DNA of 64,000 bases from an uncultured Bacteroidales bacterium (GTDB lineage: Bacteria > Bacteroidota > Bacteroidia > Bacteroidales > VadinHA17), in contig CAWHED010000004.1 of NCBI GenBank assembly GCA_963828395.1, positions 98,899-162,898 of the forward strand, written 5' to 3'. The position numbers and the translations under genes were made by a program. The notes below the pieces were generated by a model that was not told the origin of the DNA, ran no database searches, and saw only the letters and a list, made by a program, of their open reading frames with translations. The first letter of the stretch is position 1. Each line of letters starts with the position of its first letter. Shown in pieces: positions 1-10,800 of the stretch.

Positions 1-1
1 C

Positions 2-1297
2 AAGCGGAGGGCCGGGCTTACCGTTAGGCCATTCTGCAACCTGGATTGGCAGTGCAGTCATTAAATCACGGAAAATGGCAGCCGACCATGCTGTAGGACC
101 GTCACGCTGTTCAAGACGCATGTTTGCATCAAGAGAGAGCTTGATATTATCACTAAGTTTAAAGTCAATGTTGGTGCGAAGGTCATTCTGAGCATATTTA
201 CTGGCACTGTTATAAAAGAACCCATCCTGGTTACGCGATGAGAATGATACAAATGACTGGACTTTTTCGCTACCCCCTGACATTGTAATATTTCCATTCT
301 GCTGCATTGACCATGGCTTTAAAACTTCGGTAAACCAGTCAGTGTTGGGGTACCTCCACAGATCACTTCCGTCTGCATATTGCTGGATTTCGACAGGTGA
401 ATAGGTCGGACTCTGCTGGTCATAGTAATCGACCTCATTTACAAGAGTAGCATACTCAGCTGAGTTGCATAATTCGGGGATCCTGGTCGGACGGGTAAAT
501 CCCAATGTGTAGCTGGCATCAAATACTAATTTCTCTGAGCCACCTCTTTTTGTGGTTACAAGAATGACCCCGTTTGCTGCCTGGGAACCATAAATTGCAG
601 CTGAAGCGTCTTTCAATACTGAAATACTCTCAATTGTTGCAGGATCAATCCGCTCAAGCGACCTGTTCGGAACACCGTCGATCACAATAAGGGGTGAATT
701 ATCATTGAGTGTGTTTCGTCCCCTGATATACAACGTTGAATAATCTTCCCCGGGCTCACCGCTCTGCCCTACAGCAACCAGGCCTGCTATGGTACCTGCA
801 ATAGAGTTGGTAACGTTAAGCGCTGGCGACTTTACGATTTCTGTCCCCTGAACAACAGCGACTGAGCCTGACAAGGTGGCCTTTTTTTGCGTGCCGTATC
901 CGACAACTACCACTTCACCGATTAAAGAAGTTTCAGGCTCCATTTTAATATTAATTACAGCCTGATTATTTACAGTCACTTCTTTTGTGTAGTACCCGAT
1001 GAATGAAAAGACAATCACGGCATCTGATTTGCTGACTTTTAATGAATACTCTCCGTTCTTGTCAGAAACATCAGCATTAAAAGTTCCTTTCTCAATAATA
1101 TTTACTTCCGGCATGGCGAGTCCGTTCTCATCAACTACTGTACCTCTTACAGTGAATTGTACTTGCTGAATATTATCGGTCTCATACCAGGTTGTGAGCT
1201 CATTTTCCGCCGGGCTATAGGCAAGGCACGGCAGTGCGGAAAAGAGCAGAATAATCTGCAACAAGGCAGGGAAAGCCTTTGGGTAGGTTAGTATCAT
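2..1297 (-). CDS. SusC/RagA-family TonB-dependent outer-membrane receptor, N-terminal ~432 aa (the rest lies beyond the window start)
   Basis: Own minus-strand translation from ATG at 1295-1297. Signal peptide MILTYPKAFPALLQIILLFSALPCLA. Carboxypeptidase-regulatory-like domain (FTVRGTVVDENGLAMPEVNIIEKGT..DKNGEYSLKV). Plug motifs VVVGYGTQKKATLSGSV, LIVIDGVPNRSLERIDP and SISVLKDASAAIYGSQAANGVILVTTKRG. It is missing from the ORF track only because it is open at the window edge. Confidence 0.85.
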   Translation of the reverse strand, partial: MILTYPKAFPALLQIILLFSALPCLAYSPAENELTTWYETDNIQQVQFTVRGTVVDENGLAMPEVNIIEKGTFNADVSDKNGEYSLKVSKSDAVIVFSFIGYYTKEVTVNNQAVINIKMEPETSLIGEVVVVGYGTQKKATLSGSVAVVQGTEIVKSPALNVTNSIAGTIAGLVAVGQSGEPGEDYSTLYIRGRNTLNDNSPLIVIDGVPNRSLERIDPATIESISVLKDASAAIYGSQAANGVILVTTKRGGSEKLVFDASYTLGFTRPTRIPELCNSAEYATLVNEVDYYDQQSPTYSPVEIQQYADGSDLWRYPNTDWFTEVLKPWSMQQNGNITMSGGSEKVQSFVSFSSRNQDGFFYNSASKYAQNDLRTNIDFKLSDNIKLSLDANMRLEQRDGPTAWSAAIFRDLMTALPIQVAEWPNGKPGPPL

Positions 1298-1437
1298 ATT
1301 GGATGGTTTAAGGATTATGCTTCGTATGTCGCCGGAATAAAAAGCGTATTTTATACACTTGCAATATACAAAATTCCCGGATGACATGCAATCATGACAT
1401 GCAAATGTCAGAATTAAGCCACTTTAGGTCGATTATC

Positions 1438-1572
1438 TTAAAAATCAGAATTGAGGTTCCTGGCATTATTCAGCGCCCTGAACATTGCCAGCATATTTTC
1501 CACGGGGACGTTACTCATTGTGTAATGAACAGTATTAAACACAAAACCTCCCCCCGGACTGAAAACATCAAT
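1438..1572 (-). pseudogene. C-terminal fragment of a uroporphyrinogen-decarboxylase (URO-D)-like protein
   Basis: Minus-strand translation IDVFSPGGGFVFNTVHYTMSNVPVENMLAMFRALNNARNLNSDF* resembles the HemE/URO-D family C-terminus (G.GHVFNLGHGI...VP.EN..A). There is no upstream body or start codon, and an in-frame stop lies shortly upstream. Confidence 0.4.
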
Positions 1573-1738
1573 GTTTCGCAAAGTCACTCTCAATCTTTTC
1601 CGGAAATTTGCCCTCAATTACGGCATCAAGGCCAAATTCAGCACGCAGGAAGGGTAGCGCTCCTGTAATGACAGCAAAGTCGAAGCCGAACAGGTAACCA
1701 CCCATTGCGGTTATAAGTGATACACTGATAAGAAATGT
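1568..1738 (-). pseudogene. N-terminal fragment of an MFS sugar porter (XylE-like)
   Basis: Minus-strand translation TFLISVSLITAMGGYLFGFDFAVITGALPFLRAEFGLDAVIEG matches the first TM and signature (GG.LFG.D..VI.GA) of sugar/H+ symporters. It then diverges and stops after about 55 codons. There is no initiator Met before the upstream in-frame stop. Confidence 0.6.
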
Positions 1739-1883
1739 TCAGTTATAGTTTCCCCGCATATTTTTTTATTCCTCTAATGTATCAAAAGTTTAATGATGAT
1801 GGTGCCTGCAAATCACCTTTTCTGTGCGACTCAATTCCTATATTTGAATATTGAAAAGGCCAGGCCGTAATTGATCAGGTACA

Positions 1884-2858
1884 ATGTCCGTGGAAGTGAT
1901 TGCAATATTTGATATCGGGAAGAGCCGCCAGCAGTTTTTTCTTTTTGATGAATGGCTAAACATTGTTCATTCGGAAGAAAAAACACCTGGTGAGACATCT
2001 GACGATGACGGCTTTGCCAATAAGGATATAGCTGCGATTGAAGCATGGATGAGATCATGTCTGGCAGCGGTTGTCAGGGACGGGAAATACATCATTAAAG
2101 CGTTGAACTCCGCTACCTGCATACCGGACCTTGTGCATACCCGGTTAGAAGGCTATAATATAATAAACGGCACCGGCATGACTGACAGCGCTGCTGCACT
2201 CGTGCCGTACCTTAAAGGGACTAAAGAACAGTTCATCCTTATTGCGACGGGCACATGGTGCACCTTCATTAACCCCTTCAACACCGGGCCATTGACTGCG
2301 GAACAACAGCACAGTGACGCATTGGACTATTTGAGCATAGACAAGAAGCAGGTCATAACTTCGCGCCTGAACCTGGGATACATACATGACAGAAATGTAG
2401 AAAGGCTGAACGATCATTTTGGTGTGACTGATGAGCTTTATAAAACGATAAAAAGCAGAAGCAAGGCACTCGGAAGAATGCTCGCAAATAAACGGGGCAG
2501 AGTATTCTTTCGTCATGGAATTCCTGACGGTTATGTTGACGGTGAAGTGATTCTGTCTCATTTTCTTGCTTTTGCCGATGCCTATCACCAGCTGATATTC
2601 GACCTGGTTGATGTATGCATGGAATCAATCAGGCTGATACTGGCACCTGATGATAAGACTGAGATAATCTATATTACCGGCGGATTTGCGGGAAATGACA
2701 GTTATGTTCATACCCTCGCCGCACGGCTGCCACGCAAAAGGGTCTTCACATCTGAAATCAGTGATTCTTCTGCCCTGGGGGCTGCGATGACACTTTATGA
2801 AAGTGCATTCGGAAAAGAAATACCGCCCGTCTATCTTGGTCTGAGAGCGGTTTTATGA
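1884..2858 (+). CDS. FGGY-like carbohydrate kinase, shortened (probable internal in-frame deletion; possibly non-functional)
   Basis: The N-terminus VIAIFDIGKSRQQFFLFDE and the later GTGMTDSAAALVPYL..LIATGTWCTFINPF..ITGGFAGN are typical of the Bacteroidota carbohydrate-kinase family. That family is normally about 450 aa. Here the ORF is 324 aa, and the block between ALNSAT and GTGMTDSAAAL appears to be missing. Confidence 0.65.
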   Translation: MSVEVIAIFDIGKSRQQFFLFDEWLNIVHSEEKTPGETSDDDGFANKDIAAIEAWMRSCLAAVVRDGKYIIKALNSATCIPDLVHTRLEGYNIINGTGMTDSAAALVPYLKGTKEQFILIATGTWCTFINPFNTGPLTAEQQHSDALDYLSIDKKQVITSRLNLGYIHDRNVERLNDHFGVTDELYKTIKSRSKALGRMLANKRGRVFFRHGIPDGYVDGEVILSHFLAFADAYHQLIFDLVDVCMESIRLILAPDDKTEIIYITGGFAGNDSYVHTLAARLPRKRVFTSEISDSSALGAAMTLYESAFGKEIPPVYLGLRAVL

Positions 2859-2901
2859 TTACATTTATCTTTCGTAAAATCTGAATACTAAATTTCGCGC
2901 C

Positions 2902-5724
2902 ATGAACAAATCGCGTTACCACTCAAAGAACTTGCTGTTACTGGCAGTTTTGATATTGATAACGTCATGCAGTAAAGCTCCTGTACAGGACAAACTAAGC
3001 CTTCCGTATGAGAAATATGTGATGCCAAACGGACTTCAGGTGATACTGCACACTGATCATTCCGACCCCGTAATGTCTTATGCGATAATGTATCATGTGG
3101 GTTCAAGCAGGGAAGTCCCGGGCAGGACAGGCTTTGCTCATCTTTTTGAACACCTGCTCTTCGGTGGTTCGGAGAATGTTCCAACAGGAACTTTCGATAA
3201 GATCATAGAAAATGCGGGCGGCTCCAATAATGGATTTACCAGCCGCGATGTCACGACCTATTTCGAAAGCTTTCCGAAAAATGCGCTGGAAAAAATATTA
3301 TGGCTGGAGTCGGATCGCATGGGTTTCTTCATTAACTCGGTGACACCGCGCTTGCTGGCTATTCAGCAGAATGTAGTTCAGAATGAAAAACGACAGTATG
3401 TGGATAACTCCCCGTACGGTTTCACAAGTTATGTCATTTACAAAAACCTCTATCCTGCAACTCATCCTTACAACTGGGACGTGATAGGAGAGATGGAGGA
3501 CCTGAAGAACGCGACACTGGATGATGTAAAGACCTACTATGAAAATTTCTACGGACCGAATAATGCCACTCTGGTCCTTGCCGGCGATTTTGACGCAGAC
3601 TCTGTAAAACTACTGATAGATAAATATTTCGGAGAAATAAAATCTCATGGTGAGGTTGCCCCCCGAAGCCCGATGCCTGTCACTCTTGACCAGACAAAAA
3701 AGCTCTATCATGAAGACAATTTTGCAAATGTCCCGCAAATAAATCTTGTATGGCCTGTTCCGGAAAACTATAATAAAGATGCTTATGCACTCACCTTCCT
3801 GGCAAAGATCCTTGCTGACGGTAAAAAAGCGCCTTTGTACAAAGTGCTTGTAAGGGAGAAGCAGCTCACCTCGCGGACATCAGCCTATAACGGAGCCGAA
3901 GAGCTTACCGGTGAGTTTACAATTTCCATTACTGCAAACGAAGGTAAAACTCTTAAGGAGATTGAAGATGCAATCAATGAGGCTTTTGCAAGATTTGAAA
4001 CGGAGGGCTTCACGGATAAAGAGGTGGAACGTATCAAATCATCAAGTGAGAAGGACTTCTATCTGGGGCTGAACAGCGTACTGAGCAAATCCATTCAGCT
4101 GGCCTTCTACAATACTTACCTGAATGACCCCGGGTTTGTTGAAAAAGACATTGAAAACATCAAGGCTGTTACACGTGAAGACATTATGAGGGTTTACAAC
4201 CAGTACATCAATGACAAGCCTCATATCGTGACCAGCTTCGTACCGAAAGGACAGCAGAAAATGATGGCGGAAAACTCTGTCGTGGCGGAGGTCAGTGAGG
4301 AGAGCATAACCGACGCCAGTAAGGTCGAGATAGCCAGGGAGGATAATGAGCAGATTGCCAAAACCGTTTCAACAATAGATCGTACTGCAGAGCCTCCGGC
4401 CGGACCGGAGCCTGAGGTTAAAGTTCCCGTTATTTGGAAAGCTACCCTGGCTAACGGTATCGAAGTCCTTGGCATTCAGAATAAGGAACTGCCGCTGGTT
4501 AGCATGAATATGGTCATTGCCGGAGGTGCATTACTCGATAACATAGAATTACCTGGAGTTGCCGCCATGGTTTCCGGGGTGCTGCCGCAGGGAACAAAGA
4601 ACAAGACGCCAGAGGAACTGGAGGAAGAGATTGAACTGCTGGGGTCCGGTATCAATATGCGTGCAGGCAGTGAAGAAATAACTTTCAACGCCAGCACATT
4701 GTCGAGGAACTTCGGAAAAACCGTGTCGCTCATGAAAGAGATACTGCTTGAGCCACGATGGGACTCAGCTGAGTTTGTTATGGCACAGACGCGTACTATG
4801 AACGCCATCATTCAGGCAGAGGCCCGGCCGTCAAGCGTCGCCGCCAATCAGTTTTCAAAACTGGTTTACGGACCTGACCACATCCTGGGCTATGACATCA
4901 GGGGAACAAAGCAATCGATAGACAAAATTACTATTGACGACCTTAAGGCATTCTATGAAAAGAATTTATCGCCATCCATCACTAAAATCCAGGTTGCAGG
5001 CAATGTTTCACAGGAAGAGGTGCTTGAAGCCCTGCGGCCTCTTGAGGCAGAGTGGAAAGCCAAAGATGTGACCTTCAACAGTTATACCCCGCCTCCGGCA
5101 CCGGAGAAGTCACAGATATATTTTGTAGATATCCCCGGCTCGCGCCAGTCAGTCATATATGCCGGTTACCTGGCCCTGTCAAGGGATAATCCGGATTTTG
5201 TAAAGGCGGACTTTGACAATTACAGGCTCGGCGGAGCTTTCACGAGCATACTGAACCAGGTACTGCGCGAGGAAAAAGGATTCACTTACGGGGCTTTTAG
5301 TTATTTCAGTGAGATGAAAGTCCCGGCTCCGTTTATAACTTCCACAAGCGTAAGATCCGATGCGACACTCGAAACCATGGAAATCATAAAGGGTGAGATG
5401 GAGAAATACCGCCACGGCATTTCAGAAAACGATCTTCAGTTCATCAAGAATTGTATGATCAGGTCGAATGCACTGCATTTTGAAACCAACGATGCACTGG
5501 CAAACATGCTTTATTATATCGGAAAATACGGATTTGCTGATGATTATGTAAAGCAGGAGGAGGATGTCATAAGAAGCATGACTGTAGCAGAACACAAGGC
5601 AATCGCTGAAAAATACTTCAATCCCGGCAGAATGATTTATGTTGTTGTCGGGGACGCTGCTACCCAGATGAAACAGCTTGAGAAGGTCGGGTTTGGAAAA
5701 CCGGTGCTTATTGCCAGGCAGTAG
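2902..5724 (+). CDS. M16 (pitrilysin/insulinase) family zinc peptidase, double-module lipoprotein
   Basis: 940-aa ORF with a lipoprotein signal (LLLLAVLILITSCSK) and the inverted zinc motif HxxEH (FAHLFEHLLFGGSEN). The length fits two M16 active/inactive domain pairs. Confidence 0.9.
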   Translation: MNKSRYHSKNLLLLAVLILITSCSKAPVQDKLSLPYEKYVMPNGLQVILHTDHSDPVMSYAIMYHVGSSREVPGRTGFAHLFEHLLFGGSENVPTGTFDKIIENAGGSNNGFTSRDVTTYFESFPKNALEKILWLESDRMGFFINSVTPRLLAIQQNVVQNEKRQYVDNSPYGFTSYVIYKNLYPATHPYNWDVIGEMEDLKNATLDDVKTYYENFYGPNNATLVLAGDFDADSVKLLIDKYFGEIKSHGEVAPRSPMPVTLDQTKKLYHEDNFANVPQINLVWPVPENYNKDAYALTFLAKILADGKKAPLYKVLVREKQLTSRTSAYNGAEELTGEFTISITANEGKTLKEIEDAINEAFARFETEGFTDKEVERIKSSSEKDFYLGLNSVLSKSIQLAFYNTYLNDPGFVEKDIENIKAVTREDIMRVYNQYINDKPHIVTSFVPKGQQKMMAENSVVAEVSEESITDASKVEIAREDNEQIAKTVSTIDRTAEPPAGPEPEVKVPVIWKATLANGIEVLGIQNKELPLVSMNMVIAGGALLDNIELPGVAAMVSGVLPQGTKNKTPEELEEEIELLGSGINMRAGSEEITFNASTLSRNFGKTVSLMKEILLEPRWDSAEFVMAQTRTMNAIIQAEARPSSVAANQFSKLVYGPDHILGYDIRGTKQSIDKITIDDLKAFYEKNLSPSITKIQVAGNVSQEEVLEALRPLEAEWKAKDVTFNSYTPPPAPEKSQIYFVDIPGSRQSVIYAGYLALSRDNPDFVKADFDNYRLGGAFTSILNQVLREEKGFTYGAFSYFSEMKVPAPFITSTSVRSDATLETMEIIKGEMEKYRHGISENDLQFIKNCMIRSNALHFETNDALANMLYYIGKYGFADDYVKQEEDVIRSMTVAEHKAIAEKYFNPGRMIYVVVGDAATQMKQLEKVGFGKPVLIARQ

Positions 5725-5783
5725 GCAATGGGTAATAGGCAGTAGCCTGGCTTAGTCATAAAATCATCTGCCCGTTGTTTATG

Positions 5784-5799
5784 ACTCCGGTACCGGAGT
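5784..5799. terminator. Palindromic hairpin between convergent genes (possible bidirectional terminator)
   Basis: actccggtaccggagt is a perfect 16-nt palindrome (6-bp stem, gtac loop). It lies between the M16 peptidase stop (5724) and the DUF3788 stop (5863). There is no strong U-tract. Confidence 0.3.
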
Positions 5800-5862
5800 G
5801 ACTGCATGATTGCCCCGGCGTTTCGGTCCGGGTCTCCGCTTTGCTACGACATGACCGCAGAT

Positions 5863-6285
5863 TTATTTCAGGGCCTTTTTATACTCAATAACCTTCAGCA
5901 AGTCACTGACCTGCTCTTTTCTTCTCATCTCAATTGCCAGGGGGAACAGGGTACCAATGGGTTTTTTGGATGTAAAATCTTCCTTAATGCTTTTGTCAAT
6001 GTCAAGCTCAAATACCCCGTGACAGTGTCTTTCGACGAAGTAAAATCCTGTTTTGAAATACCCGTCCCACACCGACAACCAGAAAACAGTTTTCTTTTTA
6101 AAGGCCACTTTGCACAGCCACGCTTTCCCGTCCTTGTAATAATTCCACTGAGGTACAAGCCCGTGATCAGCACCGGTGATCTGTTTCATGGTTTCCTCGT
6201 AGGCAGGATAGCTGTCCTTCAGAACACTTCTCAGTATTTCATTTGAAGGATAAATATCTGGATCTTTCAATAATGGTGTTTCCAT
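5863..6285 (-). CDS. DUF3788-family protein
   Basis: YPSNEILRSVLKDSYPAYEE...GLVPQWNYYKDGKAWLCKVAFKKKTVFWLSVWDGYFKTGFYF...IEYKKALK matches my memory of DUF3788 proteins. I chose the internal start METPLL (ATG at 6285). The upstream extension overlaps the gltD 3' region. Confidence 0.7.
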   Translation of the reverse strand: METPLLKDPDIYPSNEILRSVLKDSYPAYEETMKQITGADHGLVPQWNYYKDGKAWLCKVAFKKKTVFWLSVWDGYFKTGFYFVERHCHGVFELDIDKSIKEDFTSKKPIGTLFPLAIEMRRKEQVSDLLKVIEYKKALK

Positions 6286-6432
6286 TTCTTCTTTGTTGGC
6301 TTTGCGTCTTATGGTGGTCAGATTATCAAAGATAGATAAAAAAATAAGCGATAAAGGTACAGGGTTCATGGGGCAAGGGGCTTTAAAAGAAGACATTTAC
6401 GAAGGAGGGGGAGGTGGTTTGATGTACTTTTT

Positions 6433-7872
6433 CTACTTCCTCAGAAATGCGTCTATCTCTCTTGCTGCACTTCTGCCGGATGCTATTGCGTACACGACCA
6501 GACTGGCTCCGTTTACAGCGTCTCCGGCTGCAAAGACTTTATCGAAACCCGTATCGTGACCCTGGCCAGTACGGGCTTTATATCTCCCATCAGGATTGAC
6601 GTTCAGATCCTTAACTAAACCAGACTGAGCCGGGTCAATAAACCCAAGAGCCAGAAGCACCAGGTCAGAATCAATTATTCTGCGTGTCCCGGCAATAATC
6701 TTCATTGAATACCCTGATTCTTCCTTCATCCATTCCACGTCTTCCACCTCCACTCCTGTGACATTGCCTTCATTCCCGGTGAACCTCACAGTAGATAAAG
6801 ACCATATCCTTTCACATCCCTCTTCATGTGAAGTTGTGGTCTTCATTACCCTGGCATAAAAAGGCCATGGATTGTCAGGATTTCTGCCCAGGGGTGGCCT
6901 TGGCAGGATCTCGACCTGAGTGACCTTCGAGGCCTTTTGGCGAATAGCTGTTCCCACACAGTCAGAGCCGGTATCTCCTCCTCCGATAATCACCACCCTT
7001 TTATCTTTTGCATTGACAGGACCTGCAGTACCGGAAGATTCACCACCGTTGATTTTATTCTGTGAAACCAGAAAATCAAGAGCGAAATGGATGCCATTAA
7101 GATCTCTGCCTTCCACCATCAGGTCACGCGCCTGAGAGGCGCCTGTGGCAATACACACAGCATCATGTTGATTTACAATGTCCTGCATCGGAATATCAAT
7201 TCCGATATTAACATTAGTCCTGATAGTCAGGCCTTCTCTCATCATTAATTCCAGTCTCCTGTCAATAGTTGCCTTGCTGAGCTTGAAATCCGGCACACCA
7301 TACCTGAGCAATCCTCCTGCTCTGGCATCCTTTTCAAAAAGAGTCACTTCATGTCCGGCTTTGTTTAGCAAATCGGCTGCTGCCATACCTGAAGGGCCGC
7401 TTCCTATAATGGCAACTTTTTTACCAGTCCTGCCCGGGGTACGGACAGGTTTTATGTATCCTTCAGAAAATGCTTTTTCAACTATGGCTACTTCATTTTC
7501 ACGGATGGTAACAGGATCCTGTTGAATATTCAGGACACACCCGTGTTCACAGGGCGCGGGACAAATCCTTCCTGTAAACTCAGGGAAATTATTTGTAGCG
7601 CTCAGTCTTTGATAAGCGCCTCTCCAGTCTCCCTTGAACAGCAAGTCATTCCATTCGGGAATTAAATTATCGACCGGGCAGCCCCAGTGGCAGAATGGCA
7701 CACCGCAATCCATGCACCTGGCGGCCTGCAGCATCCGGTCTTCACTGTTTAGTATCTGCTCAACCTCGCTGAAATCGCATATCCTCTCGACAACAGGCCT
7801 GTTACCTGCTTCTTTCTTTTTTATCTTTATAAATCCGGTTATGTCACCCATCGCCTTATTCTTAATGTTCAA
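6433..7872 (-). CDS. gltD: Glutamate synthase (NADPH) small subunit
   Basis: Fe-S motif region CMDCGVPFCHWGCPVDNLIPEWNDL..GRICPAPCEHGCVL, the dinucleotide fold KKVAIIGSGPSGMAAA, and a 4-nt overlap with gltB. Confidence 0.92.
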   Translation of the reverse strand: MNIKNKAMGDITGFIKIKKKEAGNRPVVERICDFSEVEQILNSEDRMLQAARCMDCGVPFCHWGCPVDNLIPEWNDLLFKGDWRGAYQRLSATNNFPEFTGRICPAPCEHGCVLNIQQDPVTIRENEVAIVEKAFSEGYIKPVRTPGRTGKKVAIIGSGPSGMAAADLLNKAGHEVTLFEKDARAGGLLRYGVPDFKLSKATIDRRLELMMREGLTIRTNVNIGIDIPMQDIVNQHDAVCIATGASQARDLMVEGRDLNGIHFALDFLVSQNKINGGESSGTAGPVNAKDKRVVIIGGGDTGSDCVGTAIRQKASKVTQVEILPRPPLGRNPDNPWPFYARVMKTTTSHEEGCERIWSLSTVRFTGNEGNVTGVEVEDVEWMKEESGYSMKIIAGTRRIIDSDLVLLALGFIDPAQSGLVKDLNVNPDGRYKARTGQGHDTGFDKVFAAGDAVNGASLVVYAIASGRSAAREIDAFLRK

Positions 7873-10800
7873 TAACCTGCGCCCATTTCCACATCCATCT
7901 CAACATTTGCCAGCTTCCGCTTTATCTCTTCAAGTTTTTGCTCTTCCAGTACTTTTTTGTAATCATATGGAGTGACCTTGATAAATCCGGGAATAAATTT
8001 AACGGGATCATCAAGAATCATTTTTGCCTTTTTACTGCCTGTGTACCGGTAGTGACTGGCTATCATTGAGGTAAGTTCATCGATATCCCTGTTATCTTCA
8101 ACCAGGGAAAGCTCAACCATTCCCATATTACAGTAATAGTCAAAATCACCATCTTCATCAAATACATAAGCGATGCCGCCGCTCATACCTGCAGCGAAGT
8201 TGCTGCCTGTTTTGCCCAGTACGACGACCCTTCCGCCTGTCATATACTCACAGCAATGATTGCCTGTTCCTTCAACTACGGCAACTGCCCCGCTGTTGCG
8301 CACCGCAAATCTTTCCCCGGCCACACCTGAAATAAATGCCTCTCCGGCCGTCGCACCATAAAGCACCGTGTTCCCTATTATTGTATTCCTGTCTGCCTCG
8401 AACAGCGATCCTTGCGGCGGCATGACAATAATACGCCCGCCGGAAAGTCCTTTTCCGAGATAGTCATTGGACTCTCCCTCAAGACAAAACTCAGTTCCGG
8501 CTGTAAGAAAAGCCCCGAAGCTTTGTCCCGCTGAACCGGTGAACCTGCAATTAATTGTACCTTCCGGTAACCCGGACGAGCCATATCGTTCGGCTATCCT
8601 GCCTGATAGCATGGCACCTGTAGCCCGGTCGGTGTTTCGGATTGATCTGCAGATCACCACCGGGCTCTTCTCTGAGATAGCTTTTTCTGCTTCATCAAGC
8701 AGGCTTAAGTCAAGGACCTCTCCCACCTTGTTTATATTCCGCTCAGTACAGTATACCGGGTTCACCCGGGCTTCATCAGGTATCCGGAGCAGTGATGTGA
8801 GGTCTATATTTTTTGTCTTCCAGTGGTTTATCTCCGGATCCCGCTCAAGAAGGTCAGAACGGCCGATTATGTCATCAAGTTTCCTGAATCCCATCTCTGC
8901 CAGGTGCTCACGGACATCTTCTGCCAGGAACCGGAAGAATGTGACAAGGTTGTCAGCCTTGCCTGAAAATCTTTTTCTGAGCTCCGGATTCTGTGTCGCC
9001 ACACCCGTGGGGCATGTGTTCAGGTGGCATTTTCGCATCATAACACAGCCAAAAACAATCAGGGCAGCCGTGGCAAATCCGAATTCCTCAGCGCCAAGTA
9101 AAGCCATAATTATCACATCCCTGCCGGTTTTCAGCTGACCATCAGCCTGAAGAATGACCTTCCGTCGTAAATTATTCATCACCAGCGTCTGCTGTGTCTC
9201 CGCCACGCCCATCTCAACAGGAAGTCCCGCATGCTTTATTGATGAAGCAGGAGAAGCACCGGTGCCTCCCTCAAAACCTGAAATTGTTATCAGATCAGCG
9301 CCGGCCTTGGTAACTCCTGCAGCGATTGTTCCCACACCCGTCTCAGAGACCAGCTTGACACTGATTTTGGCACGGGGATTTACATTACGCAGGTCAAAAA
9401 TCAATTGCGCCAGGTCTTCAATAGAGTATATATCATGATGTGGCGGAGGTGAGATAAGGGTTATGCCGGGGATTGAGTACCGGGTCTTTGCAATGATGTT
9501 GTCAACTTTATGACCCGGAAGCTGTCCTCCCTCGCCCGGTTTGGCTCCCTGGGCTATTTTTATCTGTATCTCATCAGCATTAACCAGGTATTCTGTTGTG
9601 ACGCCAAAGCGTCCGCTGGCTATCTGTTTTATCGCACTTCTTACGCTTGTCCCGTCCTCGCGGGGAATAAACCTGGCAGGGTCCTCACCTCCCTCGCCGG
9701 TATTGCTTCTGCCGCCAATACGGTTCATGGCAATGGCAAGGCATTCATGCGCTTCCCTGCTTATTGATCCGTAGGACATCGCTCCCGTTACAAATCTCCT
9801 CATTATATTTTCTGCCGGCTCAACCTCCTCGAGAGGAATTTGATTTTTTCTGATCTTGACCAGGCCCCTGATAAACAGAGGACGGGCTGTGTCACGATTG
9901 GCCTTTTCCGTATATGCCCTGAAGATGCTCCGGTCACCTGTTCCTGTGCTCCACTGAAGGTGCGCTATGACCTCGGGGTTCCATGCATGCATTTCACCGT
10001 TCCTGCGGTATGAATACACCCCTTCTGTCAGTATGTCTTCCGCTGGCTTTTCGGCAAATGCATGTCTGTGAGGAATAAGAACCTCCTCGGCAATCTCACC
10101 CAGTCCTATGCCACCTATTCTTGATGCCGTACCTTCAAAGTATCTGTCGATTACATCAGGATGTATTCCGACCGCTTCGAATATTTGTGAAGAACGATAA
10201 CTCCTCAGAGTGCTTATGCCCATCTTTGACATTATCTTCAGGAGACCTTTCTGGATTGAATTGATATAATTTTCCTCTGCCTTCTGGTAGTCCAGCTGTA
10301 TTGCCTTCTCCTTCACCATCCTGTCAATTATGGCAAAGACCATATAAGGATTGATAATGCTTGCACCATAGCCGAAGAGAAGTGCAAAGTGCATAACCTC
10401 ACGCGGTTCCGCTGACTCAACCACAATATCTATCTGCATCCTTTTCCGTTTCTTTATCAGATGATGATGCACTGCAGAGACAGCCATAAGGGAAGGAACA
10501 GGGGCTTTATTTTCATCAATGCCGCGATCAGAAAGGATGATATAATTCTTACCCTCATCAACGGCTTTTTCTGCATCAAGGCATAGCTGGTCAATTGCAT
10601 AGCGAAGTCCTTCCGCTCCTTTCCCGGCATTGAAATGCATTTTAAGCTCGGCAGCAGAAAAGCCCTTGTAGCGCAGGTTCTTTACGATCTGGAAATAGGT
10701 GTTTGAAATTACCGGATTCCGGAATCTTACCATCTTTACGTGATCAGGGCTCTCATCAAGGAGGTTCTGCTGCAGGGATCCCAGGTATCCTGAAAGGGTC

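Noticed and set aside
1381-1668. 95-aa plus-strand ORF from the supplied track
   Set aside because: It runs antisense to two recognisable gene stubs (URO-D-like and MFS). It has no recognisable motifs and an odd His/Gln-rich composition. I treated it as a shadow ORF.
8467-9138. 223-aa ORF antisense within gltB; similar long antisense ORFs occur at 39091..39744 (in DUF2723), 33392..33907 (in the Mo-reductase gene), 50759..51499 (across atpH/atpF) and 52237..52755 (in atpB)
   Set aside because: All lie inside confidently identified genes on the opposite strand and have Ser/Arg/Pro-rich compositions typical of shadow frames. None shows a recognisable domain.
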